Shown one piece after another: positions 8,479-17,003 of a stretch of DNA of 52,140 nt (its first letter is position 1; the number at the start of each line of letters is the position of its first letter). The stretch is from contig JAMOPC010000159.1 in assembly GCA_027064845.1 (NCBI GenBank), positions 1-52,140 on the forward strand. The letters are read 5' to 3'. The notes beneath the pieces were generated by a model that did not search any database, was not told the origin of the DNA, and was given only the letters and a program-made list of their open reading frames with translations. A program made the translations under genes and the position numbers. Source of the DNA: Desulfurococcales archaeon (GTDB lineage: Archaea > Thermoproteota > Thermoprotei_A > Sulfolobales > Desulfurococcaceae).

Positions 8479-8727
8479 TTAAAATTCAGATTCTTTTACC
8501 CAAAGTTCTTTCTTTAATAAATCCCTAATAGCTACGCGTATAACCTCGCTTCTGCTACTATATCTTCCAATTTTTACTAGTTCGTCTAATCCTTCGACAT
8601 ATATTTCAGGCATTTTTACTGTTATTAGCCTCATTCTAGCGATTGCGCCTGCCATCCAAATCACCGTTGTATTAATAGTAACATAAAAATTTAAAAAGGA
8701 GAAGGCGTTTAATCCATTATTGATCAT
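8479..8727 (-). CDS. Ribbon-helix-helix (CopG/Arc-MetJ family) DNA-binding protein
   Basis: [43 protein letters not shown] is a canonical RHH. The ATG at 8727 overlaps the upstream stop (ATGA). An alternative start at 8634 would give a minimal 51-aa RHH. Confidence 0.65.
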   Translation of the reverse strand: MINNGLNAFSFLNFYVTINTTVIWMAGAIARMRLITVKMPEIYVEGLDELVKIGRYSSRSEVIRVAIRDLLKKELWVKESEF

Positions 8728-10211
8728 ATATAAGTTTTTCTATTATCTTCTTTTCTAACTAATAATATTTCTAGAAAAGCGCCCCAAACTGCCCAGTATA
8801 ACGAGTACCATTCATGCAATATTTTTGATATTTTTGCTTTATCAGCTACAATATATGTTGTAGTTAGCATTAAAAACACATAGACTAGTGGAGCGAACTG
8901 TACACTGTAAAAACTATATTGTGTTCTACCACCAATAATCCATAAAAGCAAATAACCTGTAAATACGCCTATTAGGAATAACCAGGAATAAGCATACTTC
9001 TTATCAAATCTATAGGCGGGACTCAATATGATCGAATACGATAAAGCAATTGACCAGAGAGGCCAGAAACCTAGTGCTACCAATTTCTTGTTATTATTTA
9101 GATAATACAAGACAAAACCGTTATTCCCTATAAACCAGTCCCATGGTGCAGAGCTGATGGGGCATCCTGCACCGGTGCATTTTATAGAGGTATGCCATTT
9201 AATAGAGCCTATTACTGCCTGATTAAACCATGAGTTGAATCCTAAGTGAGTAATTAAAGGTATAGATATGATTGATTGAATAAGTATGAAACCGATTACT
9301 GTTAACAAAAAGTATCTTGTTGTATAGTATATGAAATTTACAATACTGGTATTCTCTTTTAGCTTGTCTCTAATATATAGTAAAAATAATGGTACCAATA
9401 CAAATAATGTGTTGAACTTAAATCCTGAACCAATTAATGCTGATAAAAGTGCTTCTTTATGTTTCTTCGATATAGCAAAATATAGGGAAAGAATAGTAAA
9501 GAGAGCGACATAAATATCTAATAGAGCTATACTGGATAATGCTCTCATAATCGGATCTACTGCAGTAAATAGACAACCTATGATAGCTAATAAATAATTC
9601 TTACTTAATTTAAACAACACTATGAAAGTAAACAATACTATCAACATACCAGTGATTATTGACGGTATTCTCCAATAAAGAGGATAATCACTAAAAACTA
9701 GAATGGATAGAGCAATTAAGTATTTTCCGAGAGGTGGGTGTTCTAGATTAAGGTAGTGATCTATATTAGCAGCATCAGGGATTCTCCAACCATAAACAAC
9801 ATCTTTAATTTCCACTTGGTTCTTTAGTTCATTAATGAAATCTTGTATGTTCTCTTGATTACTGGATTCTATGTAGAAGGCCTTTATTTCTGAATAAGAG
9901 TTGTCTACGATAGATATATTGTATTTTGAAGCGAGGTGTTCTAAAGCTTTCCAATCCAATTTGCCGTCATATATTATGCTCGCACCATAACGATTACTGG
10001 GGAGCACTGGTCTTATATGGAATACTTTTTCGAGAATGTTTCTAGCCGAGGAAACATACCAAACTTCATCTGATACATAACCTTTCCCGTTTCTCTCTTC
10101 TTCAAGCTTTGTGAGTAATAAAGCAGTAGAATAATATTGAAACCCTGTAAATACAATAATCGAAGCAATAATAACAATTACTATTATTTTATTGCGTTTC
10201 CCCTTATTCAT
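8724..10211 (-). CDS. Polytopic membrane glycosyltransferase, GT-C fold (PMT/ArnT-like)
   Basis: There is an N-terminal TM helix followed by a loop with [14 protein letters not shown], which is the acidic D-E loop typical of GT39/GT83-type enzymes. More than 10 predicted TM helices follow. Length is 495 aa. Confidence 0.65.
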   Translation of the reverse strand: MNKGKRNKIIVIVIIASIIVFTGFQYYSTALLLTKLEEERNGKGYVSDEVWYVSSARNILEKVFHIRPVLPSNRYGASIIYDGKLDWKALEHLASKYNISIVDNSYSEIKAFYIESSNQENIQDFINELKNQVEIKDVVYGWRIPDAANIDHYLNLEHPPLGKYLIALSILVFSDYPLYWRIPSIITGMLIVLFTFIVLFKLSKNYLLAIIGCLFTAVDPIMRALSSIALLDIYVALFTILSLYFAISKKHKEALLSALIGSGFKFNTLFVLVPLFLLYIRDKLKENTSIVNFIYYTTRYFLLTVIGFILIQSIISIPLITHLGFNSWFNQAVIGSIKWHTSIKCTGAGCPISSAPWDWFIGNNGFVLYYLNNNKKLVALGFWPLWSIALSYSIILSPAYRFDKKYAYSWLFLIGVFTGYLLLWIIGGRTQYSFYSVQFAPLVYVFLMLTTTYIVADKAKISKILHEWYSLYWAVWGAFLEILLVRKEDNRKTYI

Positions 10212-10296
10212 CCTTGATCATCGTTGAAGCTATATTTTGTTCATTAATTAATATATAGCATAACAATGGAGTTATTAGTGTAGCGGGAGTGATATA

Positions 10297-11673
10297 TTGG
10301 CTGCTAATTTAAAGAAGTTAAGCATTATACTTGGATTTTTGGTAGTAATTGTTTCTTTCATAATACATATGCCTCTAGAAATGCAGGAACTATTGTTTGG
10401 TAAGACTGTTTTCGAGAATGTTGTTTATAGTGATATTTTGGGAGTTTATCGTGGAGTGTTTATGAATAAAGATGTCTGTGAAAATGTATTAATGAATAAA
10501 ACAGTAGAAATTTATCCCTGGTTAAGAATCGATTCATTTAAAAGCTTTTGTATTAATAAGAGTTTTCTCCCAATTCTGTATATAGATTATTATTTGAAAA
10601 CGCCTCCTCTGTCGAGTTTTTTGTTTTGGTTAATAACTATTGTTGAGTATGCTATTGGATACTTTATCGGTTTAAGTATTCATAACGTGTTTTCTACAAT
10701 TAATGGTTTATCGATTTTTTACATTACATACAGTTTGTTGATGAGCCTGTTTTACTTCTTGACTATAAGGGTTTATAGGAAAATACTTGTGCTGATAAAT
10801 TATCGTGGTATTTTTGCGTTTTTCTCATTTATGTTCTTGTCGTTTATTGTTTACCTAATATATAGTTGGGAAATAGTATTTCTTTACGTTGTTCTTTTAA
10901 GTATTAAAAGAATGCTTGAACAGAAATTTGATATTTTAACTTATCTATTATTAGGGCTAAGTGCTTCTATTAACTATATTGGATGGATAATTGTTGTTTA
11001 TCTATTATACGCGTTCTTAACTAGTAGAAAACCTGACATGAATATTGTTAAGGGTTTAGCTATTGGGCTTCTACCTTATCTTATCGTGTTAATTGTTAAT
11101 CCTATTTATTTATCTGAAACATTTAATTACTTTGTTTCTTCGAGTTATTGTAATAATTGTATCTATTTATTAACAACAATTGATCCGTGGAGCCAATATA
11201 TGAGGGCTATAGCATTCATAGTTGTAGTAAGTGTACTTACAATTATTTTTCCTTTCTTAGATATAAGATTGCGTCCAGTTGAAGTAGTTTCTATTTTATT
11301 AGTTATATCAATAACATTATCTCTTGAATTTCCACCTCAAAGCTTTATATTGATTGCACCATTACTATCTATCTATCTATATCATCGTAAGGAGAAATTT
11401 TCAATAATTATTGCTGATTTATTGAATGCTCTAATAATAATTTTATGGTTTAAAGACCTAGAGCTACGTAAATTATTTGGATTCTTGGATTTACCTATTA
11501 AGTACTCTCCACAAACGCTTGACTCTCCTGTACAATTAATAGCTCAGACTAGGAACATGATCCTTATAATAATTTTCATAATTATCATACATAGATTAAT
11601 GAAGAATAATTTTAATAAAGACTTAGAAATTGAGAATATTTATGAAAAACACCTAAGTGCCGGGGTCGCCTAG
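10297..11673 (+). CDS. Polytopic integral membrane protein (possible GT-C-like glycosyltransferase)
   Basis: The protein is 458 aa and almost entirely hydrophobic helices. The start is TTG. The last 15 nt, including the TAG stop, lie inside tRNA-Ser(GCT). Confidence 0.55.
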   Translation: MAANLKKLSIILGFLVVIVSFIIHMPLEMQELLFGKTVFENVVYSDILGVYRGVFMNKDVCENVLMNKTVEIYPWLRIDSFKSFCINKSFLPILYIDYYLKTPPLSSFLFWLITIVEYAIGYFIGLSIHNVFSTINGLSIFYITYSLLMSLFYFLTIRVYRKILVLINYRGIFAFFSFMFLSFIVYLIYSWEIVFLYVVLLSIKRMLEQKFDILTYLLLGLSASINYIGWIIVVYLLYAFLTSRKPDMNIVKGLAIGLLPYLIVLIVNPIYLSETFNYFVSSSYCNNCIYLLTTIDPWSQYMRAIAFIVVVSVLTIIFPFLDIRLRPVEVVSILLVISITLSLEFPPQSFILIAPLLSIYLYHRKEKFSIIIADLLNALIIILWFKDLELRKLFGFLDLPIKYSPQTLDSPVQLIAQTRNMILIIIFIIIIHRLMKNNFNKDLEIENIYEKHLSAGVA

Positions 11674-11764
11674 CCTGGTAGGGCGCCGGCCTGCTAAGCC
11701 CAAAGAAACAGCACGGACAGCCGGTGGGGGATTCCCCGCGCGGGTTCAAATCCCGCCCCCGGCG
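11659..11764 (+). tRNA. tRNA-Ser (anticodon GCT) with a roughly 21-nt intron
   Basis: Acceptor GCCGGGG/CCCCGGC with discriminator G. Anticodon stem is CCGGC with loop CTGCTA[intron]A, then GCCGG. The long variable arm TGGGGGATTCCCCGC is typical of Ser. T arm is GCGGG-TTCAAAT-CCCGC. Confidence 0.9.
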
Positions 11765-11768
11765 CTTC

Positions 11769-11794
11769 TTTCTATTTTTATTCCAAAATAGAAA
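11769..11794. repeat. Perfect 10-bp inverted repeat (TTTCTATTTT / AAAATAGAAA, 6-nt loop) 5 nt downstream of tRNA-Ser
   Basis: Read directly from the sequence. The T-rich left arm could act as an archaeal oligo-T terminator for the tRNA. The function is not established. Confidence 0.3.
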
Positions 11795-11839
11795 TGTAAA
11801 GAAACATAATTATTTCAATATAAGTGAATATTATATTCG

Positions 11840-12667
11840 GTGAACAATTTGATCGACATTCTTAACTTATTGAAAGATAAGAGTGAACAAGAAATATATC
11901 AGTTATTATTAAGAAACTATATCGCACCAGACTTCGATCATGCCTTTGAAAAATCAAAAGTAGTTCTATGTGTTTCTCCGCATCCAGATGATTGTGATGT
12001 AGGTGTTGGTGGTTTAATAGCTAAGTACTCTGGCAATGTGGAAACATACTATGTTATCGTAACAGATGGATCTAAGGGGACTAAACGTAAAGATATGGAT
12101 CCACATGAGCTAGCCATTATAAGGAAGAAGGAACAAGAAGAAGCAGCTAAAATACTGGGTGTCAAGGAAATATTTTGGCTAGGTTATGTTGATGGTGAAA
12201 TTGATTATCGTGATTATCGTCGTATAATGCTTGATTTAATACATATATATCGTCTCATAAAACCAGATATAGTGTTAACACCGGATCCTTCATTACCTTA
12301 TGAAGCACACTTAGACCATATTATTGTGGGGAAAGCAACATCATCTGCAGCAATATTCTCTGGAATGCCTTTGTTTAACAAACTAGACCAAGTCTCAGGA
12401 CTAGAACCTCATCGCGTAAAATATGTTGGGTACTACTATACATCTAAACCTAACTATTATGTAGATATTACAAGCGTTATTGATAAGAAATTAGAAGCAT
12501 TGAAGAAGCACGTGTCACAATTTGGAGACTCATGGAATTATATTGAAACACTTATACGGGTGCTAAGCTTTGTCTATGGAAGAAAGATTGGAGTACAATA
12601 TGGTGAAGCAATCAAGCTGGTTCCAACACTTCTGTTGCATGCAGTACCTTTTACAGAATACATATAG
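11840..12667 (+). CDS. PIG-L / LmbE family N-acetylglucosaminyl deacetylase
   Basis: VLCVSPHPDDCDVGVGGLIAKY contains the PHPDD zinc-binding motif. A downstream HLDH and the 275-aa size fit the family. The start is GTG. Confidence 0.85.
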   Translation: MNNLIDILNLLKDKSEQEIYQLLLRNYIAPDFDHAFEKSKVVLCVSPHPDDCDVGVGGLIAKYSGNVETYYVIVTDGSKGTKRKDMDPHELAIIRKKEQEEAAKILGVKEIFWLGYVDGEIDYRDYRRIMLDLIHIYRLIKPDIVLTPDPSLPYEAHLDHIIVGKATSSAAIFSGMPLFNKLDQVSGLEPHRVKYVGYYYTSKPNYYVDITSVIDKKLEALKKHVSQFGDSWNYIETLIRVLSFVYGRKIGVQYGEAIKLVPTLLLHAVPFTEYI

Positions 12668-12694
12668 TGTCGGTGTCTAGCGTAGAATATTTAG

Positions 12695-12819
12695 TGGTGC
12701 GGGGGGTGGGATTTGAACCCACGCAGGCCTACGCCAGCGGATCTCCCCTCGGCGGTTAATAGTCGGTTGTCCCGCCGGTCTTAAGTCCGCCCCCTTTGAC
12801 CAGGCTCGGGCACCCCCGC
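12695..12819 (-). tRNA. tRNA-Leu (anticodon TAA) with a 37-nt intron and encoded CCA
   Basis: The reverse complement reads GCGGGGG-TG-CCC..GGG, with anticodon stem GCGGA and loop CTTAAG[intron]A, then TCCGC. Variable arm is TGGCGTAGGCCTGC and T arm is GTGGG-TTCAAAT-CCCAC. The acceptor CCCCCGC is followed by A and CCA. Confidence 0.9.
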
Positions 12820-12881
12820 ACCGATAGATTATTTTGTATATATACTGCTTAAAATCATTACTTCTGATCACTTATTAGGGT

Positions 12882-12938
12882 TTTCAGTTCGTCGCGAGTT
12901 CTTCATCGAAATCGTTCTTGGAGCGGCCTCATCATCTA
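12882..12938 (-). ncRNA. C/D box sRNA candidate 2
   Basis: Minus strand reads tag-ATGATGA-ggccgctccaaga-ACGA-tttcg-ATGAAGA-actcgcgacgaa-CTGA-aa. C box is at 12929..12935, C' at 12900..12906 and D at 12884..12887. There are exactly 12 nt between C' and D. It is a GC-rich island in a non-coding gap. Confidence 0.5.
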
Positions 12939-12967
12939 ATGATAAGATTTTTTAGAAGGCTTAAAAT

Positions 12968-13486
12968 TTATTTTTGAAGATCCTTTCTGAGCGAGTAAAG
13001 TAATTTTCTCGCTTTTTTAATTGTGCCAGTAGTTTTCAATGGCACTAATAAGCAATCAGCTTCCCCGATCTTTTTTATCGTGCTCATTAAGGCTATTAAT
13101 TCATCCTTATACAAGTGTGCAACTCTAATTACCCCTCTCTTAACTGAGGGATCATAATATATTAGCTGAGGATCAGCTTTAATTAGAGATTTTTCCCCGA
13201 AGAATCTAACCCAGTTCGCTCTGATAGCTTCCTCTAAGGATTTTTTCTCGATTTTTTGTTCTGTTAGTATAGCAAATACTACGTATCGTTTTCTTAATTT
13301 CTTTTTCTCGGTTTTTTCTTCTACTTTCTGTCTTAAGATTTTTTTCAACTCGTTAGTTTCTTTTTTTAGGAATACTATTTTTCTTCTTAACTCCCTAATT
13401 CTTGTCGTTAGATATAGTATTGTTGCTACACATACTATTACCAAGAAAATATATACAATGTATGGAGTCATCTCTGCAAACGTCAT
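12968..13486 (-). CDS. rnp2: RNase P protein component 2 (Pop5/Rpp14 family) with N-terminal hydrophobic plus coiled-coil extension
   Basis: Residues from about 64 onward (RKRYVVFAILTEQ...GVIRVAHLYKDELIALMSTIKKIG...LVPLKTTGTIKKARK) are a Pop5 fold signature. The ATG at 13486 overlaps the Rpp30 stop (ATGA). Confidence 0.75.
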   Translation of the reverse strand: MTFAEMTPYIVYIFLVIVCVATILYLTTRIRELRRKIVFLKKETNELKKILRQKVEEKTEKKKLRKRYVVFAILTEQKIEKKSLEEAIRANWVRFFGEKSLIKADPQLIYYDPSVKRGVIRVAHLYKDELIALMSTIKKIGEADCLLVPLKTTGTIKKARKLLYSLRKDLQK

Positions 13487-14097
13487 GGCTTAACACCATT
13501 GTAAGCTAGTATTTCAAGAGGATAGTTTGTAAGTGTTAGTAATGCTTCTTTGAGCGGTATTTCAAATAATTCTCTTAGTAAATATATCATTGATACTGGT
13601 TCATAGAGCTCATTCCATTTCTTAGACATAGATGAAACAAGTAGGGGCATATTATTATCTACATATAATTTGATTCTTCTATAGATCATCGCTTTTTTTC
13701 TCGTTGATAAACTTAGAAAAACACTTAGTGGTAGTTCCAGTGGTTTTCTATAATATTTCATAACATGTATTTGTGTTTTATCTATATAATAAAGAGTTTC
13801 ATCATCTATGATTATTGTATCAATTCTTTTATCATGAGCGGCCATACGTGCTACTTCGATACTTAAAGGTCTTACCCCTACGAGAACAGACCTGGTCTTA
13901 ATGCCTTCTAGTTTTTTCTTCAATTCTTTCTTTGTTTTAGCACTTACTATTATCTTATTAACAAGTAAGACATGGTTTTTCTTAATAGTTTTCTTATTCA
14001 GCCCTTCTACGCCAAGAACCCTATAGCCCAGCTTATAGGCTGTTTCGAGTAATTTATCATCTATTTTCTTTACCCATAGATCTATATAATTAATCAA
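13483..14097 (-). CDS. rnp3: RNase P protein component 3 (Rpp30/Rpp1 family)
   Basis: The N-terminus is YIDLWVK...LLETAYKLGYRVLGVEG and the protein is a 204-aa TIM-barrel-like protein. It sits between DUF54 and Pop5, as in the archaeal exosome/RNase P superoperon. Confidence 0.75.
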   Translation of the reverse strand: MINYIDLWVKKIDDKLLETAYKLGYRVLGVEGLNKKTIKKNHVLLVNKIIVSAKTKKELKKKLEGIKTRSVLVGVRPLSIEVARMAAHDKRIDTIIIDDETLYYIDKTQIHVMKYYRKPLELPLSVFLSLSTRKKAMIYRRIKLYVDNNMPLLVSSMSKKWNELYEPVSMIYLLRELFEIPLKEALLTLTNYPLEILAYNGVKP

Positions 14098-14541
14098 TTA
14101 TTTGATCAACCCCTTTTCTCTGAGAATTTCTCTTATTTTTTCAATTCTTCTAGTACCGCTTAAGTTGATTATTATCTTAATAACATCGTCTCCATCATCC
14201 AACATTATTTTTCCTCTATATGCTTCTTGCTTATTTACTCGAATATAGATCTTGTTAGTTCTTTTATCGTATCTGAGATCGAGGGAGACAGTGAGAAGAG
14301 ATTTTTCAGTGTCACTTAGTTTTTCAGCAATGTATTGTATAACTTTATCTGTTTCATCTCTAATTTTGCATTTGATAATTGTAATAGGGTTACCATAATG
14401 TCCGGGAAGAGTTTGTTTCTCGATGTATACTTTGTTTCTTTGCTCCGGGGGTAATAGGTTTAAAAGAGCAGTTATTACTTTGTTACAGTTTTCTGTAGCG
14501 TGACAATGGGTTAGAAACTCTATTTCTTTTATCTTAATCAT
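14098..14541 (-). CDS. Conserved archaeal RNA-binding protein (DUF54 / COG1931 family)
   Basis: The protein is 147 aa with an N-terminal THCHATEN motif. The conserved position between rpl15e and the RNase P subunit genes fits the family. Confidence 0.55.
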   Translation of the reverse strand: MIKIKEIEFLTHCHATENCNKVITALLNLLPPEQRNKVYIEKQTLPGHYGNPITIIKCKIRDETDKVIQYIAEKLSDTEKSLLTVSLDLRYDKRTNKIYIRVNKQEAYRGKIMLDDGDDVIKIIINLSGTRRIEKIREILREKGLIK

Positions 14542-14546
14542 TTTTG

Positions 14547-15209
14547 TTACTCTTCAGCTTTCTTTGCAGCTATCTGCCATGGTTCTCTAGCGCCACGGCT
14601 TGCTTCATGCCTCTTTCTTTCTTCTCTTTCTTTCTGTTTCCTCTTCCACTTGTACTTGATCGTATACTTTAATCCACGGCTCTTTCTTAGTCCTCTCATT
14701 TTCTTTCCAGCACTTGTTAATCCACGGAATACTCTGCCTCTGTGTTGTTTTTCACATATCCATTTAATGTCGGGATCATTACATATTGCGGGGTGGTGAG
14801 GATCTACAAGTATTACTTCGTACCATTTATAGTTTCCATCTTCTCCTACATAGTAGCTATTAAGTACTTCTAGGTTAGGATATTTCCTAGCGGCTCTTTC
14901 TTCAGCGATTAATCTAATACTTTTTGCTGGTGCATATCCGTAAACACCCATTCTCTTAGGTCTTCTACCCTTATTTGGTCTCGGCTTTCTTAATCCTCCT
15001 TTTCTAACTCTTACCCTAACCACTACGAAGCCTGGTTTTGCTTTATAACCGAGAGCTCTGGCTCTGTCAATCCTTGTTGGTTTTTCTATTCTAATAACTG
15101 CTGGTTCTCTGCGCCATTTTATTAGTCTTTGTCTCATTAATTCTAACATTTCTCCCTCATATGGACGCTTCCATAACTGTGCTATATAGTGGTACATTCC
15201 CTTGACCAT
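14547..15209 (-). CDS. rpl15e: Ribosomal protein L15e (eL15)
   Basis: [16 protein letters not shown]... and the strongly basic body are canonical eL15. I chose the ATG at 15209. The ORF track extends to 15254. Confidence 0.9.
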   Translation of the reverse strand: MVKGMYHYIAQLWKRPYEGEMLELMRQRLIKWRREPAVIRIEKPTRIDRARALGYKAKPGFVVVRVRVRKGGLRKPRPNKGRRPKRMGVYGYAPAKSIRLIAEERAARKYPNLEVLNSYYVGEDGNYKWYEVILVDPHHPAICNDPDIKWICEKQHRGRVFRGLTSAGKKMRGLRKSRGLKYTIKYKWKRKQKEREERKRHEASRGAREPWQIAAKKAEE

Positions 15210-15396
15210 GGTGTACAACCTTGTATTGTTCTCTCGCCTAGAAGGTATAGACAAGAAAACTGGTTTATAAATATTAAGAGAAGAAATATATTCTTATCGT
15301 AACTAGTTTGTTTTTAATTAAGTGTAAAAGTATTAAGAATAAATGGCTTAGTGCATGACTTTGAAGAAAGCTTGATTACTTAAGGAGTGGTTAGTA

Positions 15397-16626
15397 ATGC
15401 CTCCACCAGAGAAAATAGTGGGGATTATAGGTAAGACCAATGTTGGTAAATCAACTCTTTTCGCTGCATTGACTATGGCTCCTGTCGAGATAGCTAATCA
15501 CCCGTTCACTACTATTAAACCAAATATTGGAATAGGTTATGTTAGGAAGAAATGTGTACATGTCGAATTAGGCCTAGAAAAATGTGATCCGAGAACGGGG
15601 TTCTGTATACGTGGGAACAGGTTTATTCCAGTAAAAATAATGGATGTAGCAGGCCTTATACCTGGTGCATCTCAGGGTAAGGGTTTGGGAAACAAGTTCA
15701 TGGATGATCTCAGACAAGCAGATGTGTTGATACATGTTGTGGATGCATCAGGTTCCACATCTTTAGAAGGCACTCCTGCAAAGCCAGGAACATATGATCC
15801 TGTTGAAGAAGCAATAACTATTCAGAAAGAAGTTGATGAATGGTTCAAAAGCGTTGTTAGGAAAGTATGGGAAAACAAGATCTCTAGACAGATCTACATG
15901 GTGCAAAACCCCGTTGATTATATAACTCAAAACCTCTCTGGCCTTAGTGTAAGAAAACAACATGTCGTTAAAGCAATTGAAAATGCTGGACTGGCAGACA
16001 AGAGTCCGAGAAAATGGGATATATCTGATGTTGAAAAATTTGCTGTTGAATTGAGAAGAGTTAGTAAACCAATCATTATTGCTGCTAACAAGGCTGATTT
16101 ACCATATGCTGAAGAAAACATCTTGAGATTAAAGAAAGTATTTGGAGAAGACAGGGTTATCCCCATTAGTGCGCTTGCAGAATATATTCTGAGGAAAGCT
16201 TCGCAAAATAACTACATAGAATACATACCTGGTGATCCAGATTTCAGAGTTATAGATGAAAAGAAGTTATCTCAACAACAAAAACGAGTCTTAGAAATGA
16301 TTAGAGAAAAGGTGCTGAGGAAATACGGGGGAACAGGTGTACAGAGATTATTAAATCATGCTGTATTCAACGTTTTAGATCTGATCGTTGTTTATCCTGT
16401 TGAAGACCAGAATAAATTTACTGACCACTATGGAAACATCTTGCCTGACGCATACCTCGTGCCTAGAGGAACCACTGTGAAAGAATTAGCTTATATGATT
16501 CACACAGATTTAGGCAGAACCTTCCTCTACGCGATAAATGCTAAAACAAAAGAGAGGATCGGCGAAGACTACGTATTAAGAGACAACGATGTTATTAAAA
16601 TAGTTGCTACTGCTGCTCGGAAATAG
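15397..16626 (+). CDS. Obg-like GTPase/ATPase of the YchF/Ygr210 group with C-terminal TGS domain
   Basis: Contains the P-loop GIIGKTNVGKST, the G3 motif DVAGL and the G4 motif NKAD. The C-terminal YVLRDNDVIKIV is TGS-like. Confidence 0.85.
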   Translation: MPPPEKIVGIIGKTNVGKSTLFAALTMAPVEIANHPFTTIKPNIGIGYVRKKCVHVELGLEKCDPRTGFCIRGNRFIPVKIMDVAGLIPGASQGKGLGNKFMDDLRQADVLIHVVDASGSTSLEGTPAKPGTYDPVEEAITIQKEVDEWFKSVVRKVWENKISRQIYMVQNPVDYITQNLSGLSVRKQHVVKAIENAGLADKSPRKWDISDVEKFAVELRRVSKPIIIAANKADLPYAEENILRLKKVFGEDRVIPISALAEYILRKASQNNYIEYIPGDPDFRVIDEKKLSQQQKRVLEMIREKVLRKYGGTGVQRLLNHAVFNVLDLIVVYPVEDQNKFTDHYGNILPDAYLVPRGTTVKELAYMIHTDLGRTFLYAINAKTKERIGEDYVLRDNDVIKIVATAARK

Positions 16627-16969
16627 TTTTTGCAAGCTTTTTCCAATATTCAACCGCTTTTCTATAATAATAGTTATCTCTTTTATGTGGACCGAAGAAC
16701 TCTAATCCCTTATTATTAATAATATTCCTTAACTCATCTGCTTCTTCTTTAGTTAGTTCTCCGTGTTTTTCAAGATAATCGACTACTTTAATTGCTTCTT
16801 CTCGTGATTTACATCTCCTTATATAGTCTATAGGACCTGGTAAATACCCTCTCCACGGATCCGGTAATGGCTTCCTAACGGTTAATACAAGATCTCCTTC
16901 AGGATTTTCAAGCAATTCCTTAGCTAGGTGCGGATACTTCTTTTTCAGTTCATCAATATTAATCTTCAT
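16607..16969 (-). CDS. Conserved archaeal hypothetical protein (possibly DUF2095-like)
   Basis: A 120-aa ORF with good coding character. There is a 20-nt convergent overlap with the GTPase gene. I am not sure of any catalytic motif. Confidence 0.5.
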   Translation of the reverse strand: MKINIDELKKKYPHLAKELLENPEGDLVLTVRKPLPDPWRGYLPGPIDYIRRCKSREEAIKVVDYLEKHGELTKEEADELRNIINNKGLEFFGPHKRDNYYYRKAVEYWKKLAKTISEQQ

Positions 16970-17003
16970 ACCTTTTCCCTTACCTATAGATGCTCTACCA
17001 TGT

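Noticed and set aside
12677-12871. 64-aa minus-strand ORF in the track
   Set aside because: It is read through tRNA-Leu and its intron. The Arg/Gly/Pro-rich translation is what a GC-rich tRNA gives, so it is not a gene.
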